A stretch of 64,000 nucleotides of DNA, from assembly GCA_964016885.1 (NCBI GenBank), contig OZ024743.1:64232001-64296000 (forward strand), written 5' to 3'. Below, piece by piece: positions 51,777 through 64,000 of the stretch; within the stretch, counting starts at the first letter, position 1; each line of letters begins with the position of its first letter. Made by a program: the position numbers and the translations under genes. Source of the stretch: Eledone cirrhosa (taxonomy: Eukaryota). The notes beneath the pieces are model-generated. The model ran no database searches and was not told where the DNA came from. It worked only from the letters and a program-made list of their open reading frames with translations.

Positions 51777-52135
51777 TTTCTTTATTTGCCACAAGGGCGC
51801 ACAAGAAAAGGGGACAATACAAAGACATATGGCGGGGATTTTACATACAGTCGTGTAAAAAAAGCTTTAACATTAAAATATAACAATCGAAATCCCCAAT
51901 AGGGGGGAGGCGTTACAAATGGGTTGCTTTATACCCCCGTAGATAGAACAACTCTCCACTCCAGGAGCATGTTGTGCAAGTGCCCCTTTCTTCCTTTTGT
52001 TCTCTTCTGCAACCTACAGGTTTATATACAAAGAAGGCCCAATAACTCGGGCCATTTTTGCCACATTCACCCACCTTTCAGTAAATTTACTGGGGTGCAG
52101 TACCTCTCTCTCCACTCTGATTCTCCTTCTAAAGT
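51777..52135 (-). mobile_element. Tx1/L1-clade 3' fragment between (GATA)n tracts
   Basis: 3' UTR and ORF2 end homologous to 56716-57070; bounded by GATA/GGTA repeats. Confidence 0.8.
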
Positions 52136-52159
52136 GGCAGATAGATAGATAGATAGATA

Positions 52160-53960
52160 TGTTTCTTTATTAGCCACAGGGGCACAAAAGAAGGGGACAA
52201 ATACAAAGGGGGAAGTTTACATACAATAAAAACGTGTAAAATGTTATCACAAATGCAATTTAAAAAGTTAGTCGATTTTCCCCAATAGGGGGAGACAGTT
52301 CATATGGGTAACACATACCCCCGAAAAAATGTGAAACCCTCATCTCCAGGAGTACGAAGAGTTTGTACTCCTTTCCTCTCCTCCTCCTTTTCCTCAACCT
52401 ACAGGCTGATATAGAGAGATGGCCCATTCACTCGGGCCATTTTCGCCACTTTCACCCACCTTTCATAAAACTTGCTGGGGCACAGCACCTTTCTCTCCAT
52501 CCTGATTCTTCTTCCAAAGTGGTATTTGAAAAAAAGAATCAGTTGTTGGCCGGAGAGAAAGGTGTCTGACCTCAGCCCTTTCAACCTTGTCCACCATACA
52601 ACCTCTTTCGCCATAGCCATCACACAAAGGAAAACCGCCTCTCCTTCGTTTTTGAAGGAGGGTGGCGGTTTGATCATGACAATGGACTCGGTGGTCAACC
52701 GGATTGGTCCCACCCGCGACAATAGTCGTTCTACATAGCCCCACAGGTCGGTAACGCCCGGGAAGTGTATGAATGCGTGCGCGACGGTTTCTTCGTCTCG
52801 TACGCACCTCGGACAGATCTTTTTTGCAAGGTGCCTGCCCGGGCGCCCATGTCTGTAGAGCTTGTCTCGAACTGGTGGAGCTCCTCGGTAGCACAGCCAG
52901 GCCAGGGACTTTTGGAAGTTGTCCATCGGTCTCGGGCGGAAGGTCCTACCGAACAGACTGGCCAGTTCATCTTCCTCTACGCCCAGAGTTTCAACGAGCA
53001 CGTCGTCGCACTTGCTGCGGATCAACCCTCTATAGAATGACGAAGTGGAGTCTCCACTGATCGCCGGGTCCGTTTGCCAGATGACTGTGAGCGCCTGAGC
53101 ACATTTGATGTGCCAGTCGCCCATTTTCCTCGGTCTTTGCTTGACCCAGAACTGTAGCTCGGTCAGCGAGACGAGTCGTGGGAAGGCTCGCCTCACGAAC
53201 GGGTCCCACACCGGTTGTCCGGTGAGGAATACGTAGAGATGCCGCAGCCTGAGCGCGTGTTTGCGCATCGTCAGCCACGGCATCCCCAGCCCTCCGTTGG
53301 AAGGGCGTTGGCAGCAGATGGATCTTCTCACCAAAGGAGCCTGCCTCTTCCAAAGGAATTGGAAGAGCGTGCGCTCCATTTTGGCGAGCGTTTTGGCTGG
53401 ACAAGGTACGACGGTCAAGCGGTAGTAGATGGTGGACGCTATAAAAGTGTTCGCCACCTCCGTTCGACCTTTCAAGGATAGTTTGCACTCGGCCCACTTC
53501 TGGGTGAGTGTAAACACCTTGGCCGACACCTCGTTCCAGTTCTTCTCCACCTGGAGGTTCGGACCAAACCAGACCCCGAGCAGCTTTACTGGTCCTTCCG
53601 TCCAGCGTCCAACGACGCCATCGGAAGGCATCGGTTTGCCTCTCCACGATCCGAGTTGCAAACCGATAGACTTGTCCCGGTTCAGCTTCGCTCCTGTGAA
53701 CCTTTCGTATTCGTTCAGTAAGGTGCCGACTTCCTCGATTTGCGAGGCGCTCGACACCATTACTGTAAAGTCGTCGGCGTGGGCCGACGCCGCTTTCTGC
53801 AGTTCCGGTTCCAGAGGGATGCCCTGCAATAGCTCCAACTTCCGCAGTAGTGGCTCGAGAGTTAATACGTACAGAAGGGAGGAGAGAGGGCATCCCTGTC
53901 GAATGGATCGCGTGATATGGAACGGCTCCGAGAGGTAGCCGTTCACCTTAACCCTTGAGC
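52160..53960 (-). mobile_element. Tx1/L1-clade LINE, 5'-truncated, inserted in (GATA)n
   Basis: open ORF2 with RQGCPLS, HADD, LLGVWF, GGLGMP, CPRC...ETVAHAF; GATA runs at 52140-52159 and 53961-54016. Confidence 0.92.
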
Positions 53961-54019
<59 letters not shown>

Positions 54020-54436
54020 GAAGGTATGTGTATGAAACGAGAAGCTCGCCCCTTCAACACCGTCCAGGAATCTCTGAAATAACCCATCCCCAACAATTGT
54101 CTGTTATCCAGAAATCCAGGTTAAGGAGTGGGAGTTCTTGGAAGATGGACCATCAAAGGAAACCCCCTGTCCCTTACACAAGCAGACAAATACAAACACA
54201 AACTCTCTCTCTCTCTTTAGCTCTCTCTCTACCTCTCTCTCTCCCACTACCCCCTCTCTCTCCCTACCTCTTTACCTCTCTCTTTCTCTCACACATAAAC
54301 TCTCTTTCGTTTTCTTGCCACTTCTCTATCTCTGCCTCTCTCTTTCTCTCTCACATACAAACTCTTTCTCTTTCTCCCTCTCCTCTTTCTTTCGTACAAA
54401 CATACTTTTACTCTCTCTGTCTTCCTCTCACACACA

Positions 54437-54518
<82 letters not shown>

Positions 54519-54623
54519 GTTTCTCATACACGCATACGCACTCACGCACTCACACACACACACACATACAAATACAAATTCTCTCTCTCTCTCTGAAACA
54601 CACACACAATGTATCGCGCTCTT

Positions 54624-54654
<31 letters not shown>

Positions 54655-55177
54655 CACTCTCTCTCTCACATGTACCTCCACCAACACCACTACCACCACC
54701 AAAGTGTTCTATTTAACTTTCCAGACACTGTTGTTTGGAAAGGAAACTCCATCAACGCCCTCACAACAATAACAGCAACAACTACACCAAGAACACGCAC
54801 ACACACGCATACACACACACACTCAACTACATACTCCAATATACAACAAAGTCTGCATGTATGTTTGTGTGTGTATATAGTATTTAGTTTAGTATGTTTG
54901 TGTAGTAAACTGTATGTGTATTTGTTCCCTTTCCCTCTCCAAACATTTGTCTTAGATATCCACACACACACATACACACACACGCACACACACATATATA
55001 TATATATAACGTGTGTTTCTTATTGGCAACATGACTCTCCCAAAGTATAACAATATCGGTTTCAACACACGATTTCAGATAAAGAATCTTGCTAAACAAA
55101 TTCAGAAACGAAATATAACATATTATAAAGTAAGAAGAAATAGTAGATACAGATATATACCTATTTTTTCTTGAATG

Positions 55178-55266
55178 TCCCGACTACAGTTTCGCTGGTC
55201 AGTATGCAAAAATCTTACATCATAGAGATGCAACATTGTTGTGAGGTAAGCCAGCTTTTCAAGGGA
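55178..55266 (-). ncRNA. U3-A8 hammerhead with extended stem II
   Basis: minus: TCCC-TTGAAAA-GCTGG...CCAGC-GAAAC-tgta-GTC-GGGA; loop II shares ACATCATA.AGAT with the 10690 ribozyme. Confidence 0.75.
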
Positions 55267-55352
55267 ACACCTCAGGGAAAGAGCGCTTCTAGACACGTGC
55301 GCATGCGAGAAAATCTCAAAAAGGCGGAGGGAGATATTATCACGTGATACAC

Positions 55353-55778
55353 CGGTCAAGAAAGGGGACTAAATCCCTTGTAGCAGTGAAAAATATCTCA
55401 GAAGGCGGAGGGGGATATTAATATGATATAGCTCTGATATCGAGTCAATTTAATTATTTCGATTATCTTGTCTCTCATAATCATAGAGCAGCACTGGTTA
55501 AGGTCGACAATACACAATCTCACATACTTGTGAAAAAATATGTGTATATATACATGTGTATATATGTATGCACATATATATGCGTACCTCTCATTATTGT
55601 CTCAAACTCCCTCGCGGTAGAGTAACCACGAAAGTATAGTAACTTCTTTCAAGCAAACACTATAAACACCTTCAGTCAACCTTACCACCCGTCTGTAGCC
55701 TCTGTATCATATTAATATCCCCCTCCTCCTTCTGAGATATTTTTTCACTACAAGGGATGTAGTCCCCTTTCTTGACCT
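55353..55778. repeat. ~70-bp inverted repeats in the same element as the 55178 ribozyme
   Basis: 55353-55423 vs 55709-55778. Confidence 0.75.
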
Positions 55779-56515
55779 GTGAGCGCCAGAAGACACTCGA
55801 GGTGCCAGGCGCCCATTTTCGGTCTTCACTTGACCCAGGGCTGCAGCTCTGTTAGTGAGACGAGTTGTGGAAGAGCTCGTCTCACAAACGACAGCCACAC
55901 CGGTTCAACGGTCAGGACCACCTGGAGATGGCGTAGCCTCAGCGCGTGTTTGCGCATCATCAGCCACGGCATGCCCAGCCCTCCGTTAGAAGGGTGTTGG
56001 ATCTCCTCACCAATGGAACCTGTTTCTTCCAGAGGAACTTGAAGAGTAGGCGTTCCATTTTGGTGAGGTATTCGCGGGGATAAGGCACGACTGTCAAGCG
56101 GTCGTAGATGACGGACGCTATGTTCGCCACCTCCACTCGACCTTTCAAGGAGAGTTTGCACTCAGCCCACTTCTGGATGAGTGCAAACACCTTCGCCGTG
56201 ACCTCGTTCCAGTTATTGTCCACCTGGAGGTCTGGACCAAACCAGTCCCCGAGCAATTTCACCGGTCCTTCCGTCCAGCATCCAACGACACTGTCGGAAG
56301 GCATGGGTTTGCCTCTCCATGTGCCGAGCTGCAAACCGACAGACTTGTTTGGGTTTAGTCTTGCTTCTGTCAAAGTTTCGTATTCCTGTAATAGGTTGCC
56401 GATTACCCCGATGTCCGAGGTTTTCGACACCATTACGGTTATGTCGTCGGCATAGGCCGACGCTGCTTTCCGCAGTTTCGATCGGGATACCCTGCAACAG
56501 CACCAACTTCCGCAG
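55778..56515 (-). mobile_element. Tx1 ORF2 internal fragment, frameshifted
   Basis: AYADD, GLQLGTWRG, GGLGMPW motifs. Confidence 0.85.
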
Positions 56516-56715
56516 TGAAAATATGTTGGATGTTTTTACCCTGAGGGGGCATGATATTTTGGAAGACTGACCAGATCAAAATTTGACCTGTCAGGCCCTC
56601 TACAAATTGGTATAAAAATAAAAGTTCACAATGACGAATTTCTAAAGAAATTTAAACAAAGCTTACCGAGCAAGTTTAACACGTGTCCATCCCAGAGATA
56701 GATAGATAGATAGAT

Positions 56716-59700
56716 TTCTTTATTAGCCACAAGGGCGCAACAAGAAAGGGGACAATACAAAGACATGCCGGGGATTTTACATACAGTCGTGTAAAAAATA
56801 TAAAAACAAACAATTACAACAATCGAAATCCCCAATAGGGGGGAGGCGCCACAAATGGGTTGTTTAATACCCCGTCGATTGAACAACCCTCAACTCGAGG
56901 AGCGTGTTATGCAAGTGCTCCTTTCTTCCTTTTGCTCTCTTCTTCAACCTACAGGCTTATAAACAGAGAAGGCCCAATCACTCGGGCCATTTTCGCTTCA
57001 TTCACCCACCTTTCAATAAATTTACTGGGGTGCAGTGCCTCTCTCTCCACTCTGATTCTCCTTCTAAAGTGATACTTAAAGAAGGGAATCAATTGTTGTC
57101 CGGAGAGAAAGGCATCTGTCCTCAGTCCTCTCAATCTCGTCCACCATATAACTTCTTTCACCATAGCCACCGTACAAAGGAAAACCGCCTCTTTTTCGTT
57201 TTTGAAAGAGGCTGGCGGTTTGATCCTTACTATGGACTCGGCAGTCAACTGTATTTGTCCCATACGCGACAGCCGTTGTTATGCATAGTTCCACAGGTCG
57301 GTTACGCCCGGGCAGTGTACAATTGCGTGCAGGACTGTTTCAAATGTCCTGCGCGCATCTTGGACACGTCTTCTTGGAAGGATCCCTGCCGGGGCGTCTG
57401 TGCCTGTAAATCTTGTCACGAACCGGTAGAGCTCCTCGGTAGCACTGCCAAGCCAGGAACCTCTGGAAGTTGCCCATAGGTCCCGGGCGGAAAGTCCTAC
57501 CAAACAGACTGGTGAGCTCATCGTCTTCGACGCCCAGAGTCTCTCCGAGCAAGTCGTCGCCCTTGTAACGTACAATCACTCTATAGAATGTTGAAGTGAT
57601 TGCTGTGCCCGCTTGCCAGAGGACTGTGAGCGCCTGGGCGCATTCAATGTGCTAGGCGCCCATCGTTTTCGGTCTTTTCTTGACCCAGGACTGCAGCTCC
57701 GTCAGCCAGATGAGCTGCGGGAAAGCCTGTCTCACAAACGGTGCCCACACCGGTTGGGGGTCGGTGAGGAATACCTGGAGATACCGCAGCCTCAGCGCAT
57801 GTTTGCGCATCATCAGCCACGGCATTCCCAGCCCTCCGTTGGAAGGGTGCTGACAGCAGACGGTTCTCCTCACCAGCGGAGCCTGCTTCTTCCACAAAAA
57901 CTGGAAGAGCATGCGTTCCATCTTGGCGAGGTGTTCACGGGGACAAGGCACGACAGTCAAACGATAGTAGATGACGGACGCTATGAAAGTGTTCGCCACC
58001 TCCGCTCGACCTTTCAAGGACAGTTTGCACTCTGCCCACTTCTGGGTGAGTGCAAACACCTTGGCCGTGACCTCGTTCCAGTTTTTCTCCACCTGGAGGT
58101 CTGGACCGAACCAGACCCCGAGCAATTTCACCGGTCCGTCTGTCCAGCGTATGGACCTGGTCGGGATTGCACACGTTTGCGCTTTCCCTACCAGGTTCTC
58201 GAGGACAAGCGCCAGCCTCGTTGTTAGCACCTTGGCCAAAATCTTTAACTCTGTGTTGAGCAGAGTTATGGGCCTGAAGTTGTTAATTTGTCCCCCTTGT
58301 TCTCGTCTTTCCTGATCAGCATTACTACGCCCTTGCCTGCAGAACTGGGAATTCTCCCATTCTGCTGCTAATTGCAGTAGACGGCTTCGAGGACGCCAGA
58401 GAACAAGTCCGGCATGCCTATGTCAAACTCATAGAGTAGACCATCTAGACCGGGTGACTTGCGTTTCCCGCAGCGACAAAGAGCGTCCCGTATCTCAGTG
58501 TCCGTGATCGGTCTTTCGCAGAACTCGGCGTCCGTGTACGAGAGACGCGGCAGGCCGTCGAGGTATGAACTAAAGTCCATTGCTCCGTTCGGCCCACCGT
58601 CGTTCTGCTCAAACAGTCGCACAAAGTGCTGCTGAAAGGCCGCGCACATTTGCTTGGGGTCAAGTAGCACGCGTCCGTTTTGGTCTTTCAAAAACCGAAT
58701 CGTGGACTTGTTGCCACTTTTTGCCTCCGCCACTCGGGCCCAGCTGACAGCTTTCGCTCCTTCGTTTCCTAGAGCACGTGTTTTGCTTCTGACCACACAG
58801 CCTTCGTGTTTCGCATCGAAGAACTGGTCCAGTGCCGTTCTCGACGCTGACACTCTAGCTGCGTTTCCACTTCTAAGTGCCTCCTCTACCTTGGCTACTA
58901 GTTCTCTTTCTATTTTGTTTTTCTCTAAGGCTAACTCTCTACTAAACCCTATCGATTCTATTCTAATTGCTTTCTTGAGAGAGTACCACCATCTATTGTT
59001 GACAATGGCTCCCGTTAACTGTTGCTTGACTAGTCTACTTATCCGTTCACTGTAAGCTCTACGTGCCGGCAACGACACGTTCAGCTTCCAGTATCCGGGT
59101 CCTTGTTTATGTGTTCTATCACGGTTGACTAAGCAGACGAGTAATTTGTGATCTAAATAGGCAACCATGTGCATTCGTGGACAGCTTAACATCTCCTTGT
59201 CCCTTTCTCTAATGAAGAACCTATCTAAATACGATCTAGATGTCCCGCTGCGGTTTGCCCACGTCCACTGTGGTGCAGTCGGGAAATCCAGTCGATACCT
59301 ATCGGCCAGTTGGAATTGGCCGATTAAAATTTTGAGGCTGTTGCACCCCCCTCTACTGGGACATGCTCCCACATAGTGCCATCGTGCATCTAGGATACGA
59401 TTCCAGTCCCCCACTAAAAGTAAGGAGCGAGACGTTCCCAGAAAAGACTCTAGGCGCTTAAAGAAGCCTGGCCGTGATTGCGATTGCCCGGTCGGGGCAT
59501 AAACGGCAACCAGTCTGAAGGCTCCACCTCCAATACTGTTTACGTCTAGGACTACCAGTCTACCCTCCGGGTCCAAGTCTACTTGCTGTACTTCGACGTC
59601 CATGTTCTTCCGAAACATGACGGCCACTCCACCTCCACCTCCTGGCTGGCAGAGAGATGTGTAGATCTCAAAGTCGTCGAAGATGGTGGTTAGTTGATGG

Positions 59701-61883
59701 CTGTTGTGGATCCTGAACTCGGTGATGGCTATCACATCCATACCGTGGGACCTAAGGTCGTTTAAAAGTTGGCCCTGTTTCCAGGGCATTCCTAGACCAC
59801 GCAGATTCACGCTTCCAACTCGTAAACTAGTCATGTTGGTGAAGAAGAGTTGGAGAAAAAGGACGAAAGGTGCACTTACCTTTTCGTTTCCTGGAGATCG
59901 TGTTGTTCAATCTCCATTTGGGTGCTGGATGGGTGTTGGGTGGGGTGGGGAAACATTGTAACAGGACGCGGTTGATGGGTTTCTGGCAGGGGTTGCCCAC
60001 GTCCTGTGAAAATTTATTTTTCAGGTCATTATAGGTCTCCATAGAAACCCTTATAAGTTTAAGGTGTGGAGACGATTCTGCCTTGACGAAAGTTTTGCCC
60101 TCTGTCTCCACCTTGGGGTTTTGGGAGATGACTTCCATCAAACTCTTATTTTTTGTGTTGATGTATGCGTATTGTTGTTTGTGTTTTTGTTGTGTTGTTT
60201 TAGTTTGTTGTTCGTCCGGGAGTTTTCTTGTTATGGTGGGTGCTTGTGTTTGGGGTGGTGTTGGTGTTGGTTTTGCTGATAGGGGGATGTTTGACTGTGG
60301 TGTTGTTTGTGTTGTTTGTGTCTGTGGTTGTGTGTTGGTGTTGGTGATTGGAGTTTTGGGGGTTTTATGGTGTCTGTTTTTAGATTTCCGCGGTTCTCCC
60401 TCTGCTTCACTTAAAGAAGAAGCAGCTTCATCCGTCGATAAATAATCATCGTCAGGAGTGTGGGGTAGAGGTATGTTGTGTGGTGGTGGTGTTTCGGTGT
60501 GTGTGTTTGTGGTAGTGTTTGATGGAGTGGGATGGGGTGGGGCTGTGTTCTTCAGGGGTGTTGTCTGTGTTTTTTCTGTTGTTGTTGGTTGAGTGGCTGT
60601 TTGTTTTGGTGTGTTTGCTCGTTTCGTCTGTTGTTGTTGTTGTGGTGGTAGTGGTGGTGGTGGTGGTGGTGGCGGAGATTGTTTTGGTGTTGGTGTTGGT
60701 AAAAGTACTTTTTTTAAAAGATTTGTTTGTAAAGGGCATGAGGCTTTTAGGTGTGATGTGCTTGCACATCGAAAACAGTGTGGCTTTCTGCCCCAGTTAT
60801 GATGTTGATGTAGTTCTGGTTGTCGACCAGGACTCTTTCGGGGATTTTGGAAATTCTTTCTGGTGTCATTTGTATCAGAATTTCCAAATTGTCCCTGCCG
60901 ATCTTTGTCTGGTCGATTTCCTGACCGAAAGAATTGTATCACTTTCTGGCTCTATAAAACCAGCCAAGATCCACCAAATGTTGATGTTTGGTGGTATATT
61001 ATTTATTTTAATATTTTGAGTTCTTTTTCCCATGTAAGTAGGGAAAAAGGTGTGTGCTTTTGTGATTACTAGTGTAACAGAATGCTTTTGTGCGAGGGCC
61101 TCGCTTGTAAAAAGTACCGAAACACTTCCATATAGTCTGGCCCTCTGCATAAACTCAATGTCAGGCAGAGCCTCTTTCAGGGTTGTTTCGATTTCTCCTT
61201 GACTGAGGAATACTGTTTTTTTCGTTTGATTTGAAACAGTTCGGAAGGTTACTGTCCTTCGAACTGTTTCTCGTTTAATTTGCAAGGGTGAGTTTATATG
61301 AAACCCACCCTTTTCTTCAAAGGTTATGAATTATTTTGCATCGGTCAACATTTGTTTGGAGTTGCTTATGTCGATGTGTTTGTACTCTGTTTTATTTATC
61401 ACAGTCTGTGCTAATGTTGTTTTTTCAATTTTGTTGTTGTTGTTGGTTTTTTCGTTTGTAGTTGTGTCAATTGTTTCTGCATTTTCTGTGTTTTGGGGGC
61501 TGTTATTTTCATCTTTTGTTGTGTAAATATCCATTTCTTTACGAAACGAAGTTTTGTTGTTGACAGTCATATCTATGACGACGCCCATAGTAGCAGAAGC
61601 AGATATAACGTTAAAATCTGCCTTTTTCTTTCTATTTTCTCTGTTTATGTTCTCCAGCGTTCTTTCTGTGTTATTCATGTTTTATAGTTGGCAAAATTGG
61701 ATATTTTAATACAATTTTTAAATTAAATTTTCGCCCCTAAAGGGGCGAAAAATGGGATTACCACCCAGCTGACAATTCAGCTTGGGGGTTAATCTACAAA
61801 ATAATGTTTTTTCAAACAATTTTTTCTGCTTTTCGTATATAAATTTACAAAAAATCTTACCGGCGATGTTCCACGCGTCAGGC

Positions 61884-61888
<5 letters not shown>
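56716..61888 (-). mobile_element. Near full-length Tx1/L1-clade LINE in (GATA)n: frameshifted ORF1 (CCHC knuckle), ORF2 APE endonuclease, internal RT deletion near 58150
   Basis: ORF1 HCFRCASTSHLKASC; ORF2 N.RGL, VAVYAP, GDWN, SYLDR, DHK, GYWKLN, KSPGLDGL; 'QTCAIPTRSI' joined directly to 'RWTDGPVK'; GATA runs at 56697-56715 and 61889-61971. Confidence 0.92.
58368..59834 (-). pseudogene. Tx1 ORF2 N-terminal part (APE endonuclease), ending at a premature stop
   Basis: 488-aa ORF with APE motifs. Confidence 0.85.
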
Positions 61889-61974
<86 letters not shown>

Positions 61975-62145
61975 TTGACAGGTATGAGCAGTAATTAAAA
62001 TCGAGTGTTACATCATTGCAGATAGCGATTTTAAGACGCATCCAATCACACACTAGCCAATGAAACATATGTTAATACTTGGAATAAACCCTACGGTATA
62101 GCTTATCCGGGTTATTCTTCATTCTTTCATTATACACACATACAT

Positions 62146-62210
<65 letters not shown>

Positions 62211-62214
<4 letters not shown>

Positions 62215-62413
62215 AACGAGTAGGACCCCGACGGCTGAGCTCAAGCCGTTTCGACGGCTAATTCTGGACGATTTTAGTCCAGAATTAGCCGTCGAAACGG
62301 CTTGAGCTCAGCCGTCGGGGTCCTACTCGTTCCTATTACCCACTCTACTACCCTAAGTATTGAGTACTTTGGGGCGTTATGGTCCACCTGGTTCCTTACC
62401 ACATTTCCTTCGT

Positions 62414-62414
<1 letters not shown>
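62211..62414 (+). mobile_element. TA-inserted fold-back element carrying the 3' half of a hammerhead; family copies at 63577-63774(-), 40927-41025, 16538-16583
   Basis: palindrome 62211-62335 plus ~80-nt tail; GAAAC-GGCT.tgagctc.AGCC-GTC-GGGGTC. Confidence 0.75.
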
Positions 62415-62444
<30 letters not shown>

Positions 62445-62446
62445 GT

Positions 62447-62672
62447 GAAAGATTGATGAATAACATGGTCGGCTGTACAAAAAGGTTTTATTTCTAGTAT
62501 TAACAATTGTTTCATTGATCAGGTGAGTCTAAAGGCCGCTAATCAATCGAAGTTGCGTCACTCGACCTTACCGAGTGTTTACCTCTGATCAAATCATCAA
62601 ATTATATTAACAATTGTTAATACTAGAAATAAAACCTTTTTGTACAGCCGACCATGTTATTCTTCAATCTTT
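62447..62672. repeat. Fold-back element (~65-bp arms) between TA tracts, with a degenerate hammerhead-like core on the minus strand
   Basis: 62447-62511 vs 62608-62672; minus TTGATGA-tTTGATCAG...CTGATCAAt-GAAAC-AATT-GTTA. Confidence 0.65.
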
Positions 62673-62837
62673 AACTATTACTACTCCAAGAATAACCTAC
62701 ATAAGAATTCTCGCGAACTCGCTACCTAACGATGGAAACCTCTTGTTGAGTCAAACAAAGCCGTACGTTAAAACTACCCACAATACGGAGTACTCAACAA
62801 CCTCTAACTGGATTACCTATAACGATAACTTGTTATC

Positions 62838-62884
<47 letters not shown>

Positions 62885-62885
<1 letters not shown>

Positions 62886-63556
62886 TAGCAGCAGTACCCA
62901 GCGTTGCCTGGGTAGGTAAAATAATATCTGCTTTGATGAAAAGGTGTTGATCTTAGCGACTGCTTCTCGATGACTCATCTATGGCCACACACAGGCCATG
63001 CGGGGGGGGGGGGAGTGGTGATGACCTCTATCACTGATAAACGCGGGTGACTGACGAAGGGGCATGCTGGGGGAGGGAGGTAATGACCTCTAACACTAAG
63101 CCAAATTTCCTCACGCTACTTGACTGGAAACCGATGAATTCTCAAATACACAACTAAAAGCTCGGACGACGTCAGTGGCCATATTTTTGAATATTTAAGC
63201 GGCTGCCACGCTGTCCCTGAACCACAAATGCAAAATATAAAGCCATTACAGGATGTGCAATGATAAATTCTATTTTGCTTTAAAATTTGAACGAAATCGG
63301 TGGCAAAATGTGAGAGCTAGAGCCAAAAATATTATTTTTCGATACCTAAAAAAAGGTGACCCCCCCCCCCCCTCCCTATCGATTTTTATCTGCAGAATGA
63401 CCCCGGAATGAAAAAGAACGATATGCTGATATATAGAAAACACTCCCCGATGACTAATCTATGAGCCTGTAAAGTTTCATGAAAATCGGTCGTAAGGTAT
63501 ATGCCCCTATAGGTAATACACAGACACACACATACTTAATTTTAGATATATACAGA
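62885..63556 (-). mobile_element. Non-autonomous Helitron inserted in (TA)n
   Basis: + ACTAGCAGCAGTACCCAGCGTTGCCTGGG = minus-strand hairpin + CTAG; 5' region AAAGTTTCATGAAAATCGG...ACAGACAC similar to the other Helitrons here. Confidence 0.65.
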
Positions 63557-63809
63557 TATATATATATATATATATAACGAAGGAAGTGTGGAAAGGAACC
63601 AGGTGGACCATAACGCACCAGAGTACTCGATACTTTTGGTAGTAGAGTGGGTAATAGGAAAAGAGTCAGGACCCCGATGGCTGAGCTCCGGCCGTTTCGA
63701 CATCTAGATCTGAACTCAGAACTAGCTGTCGAAACGGCCGGAGTTCAGCCGTCGGGGTCCTGACTCTTTTCCTATATATATATATATATATATATAGGAA
63801 AAGAGTCAG

Positions 63810-64000
<191 letters not shown>

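Noticed and set aside
53961-54096. N-terminus of the 565-aa ORF
   Set aside because: Read-through across (TCTA)n beyond the Tx1 truncation point; not a real start

Overview
AT-rich, microsatellite-dense eukaryotic genomic DNA. The repeat landscape suggests a cephalopod such as Octopus; this is inferred, not verified. Two host genes lie on the + strand. One is the 3' five exons of a TINAG-like/cathepsin-B-family (C1A) gene (1938-7785). The other is a compact gene that looks like a PPP1R35 homologue (coding exons 26278-33873, probable non-coding exon ending ~24860). The rest is transposable elements: >20 tRNA-derived SINEs, RTE/CR1/CRE LINE fragments, Helitron-type non-autonomous elements, a piggyBac relic, four Tx1/L1-clade copies (three bounded by (GATA)n), a truncated Penelope-like element (GIY-YIG) and two minisatellites. 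The most notable signal is a dispersed set of short, mostly (TA)n-inserted fold-back elements carrying type-I hammerhead ribozyme motifs, about 10 readable by eye. Four unrelated motifs use a compensatory U3-A8 core pair (UUGANAA) in place of C3-G8, three carry large stem-II insertions, and one related motif lies at the 3' end of the Penelope-like element. This reads as a Penelope/retrozyme-like ribozyme system targeting TA microsatellites. Most ORFs in the supplied track are microsatellite artefacts.
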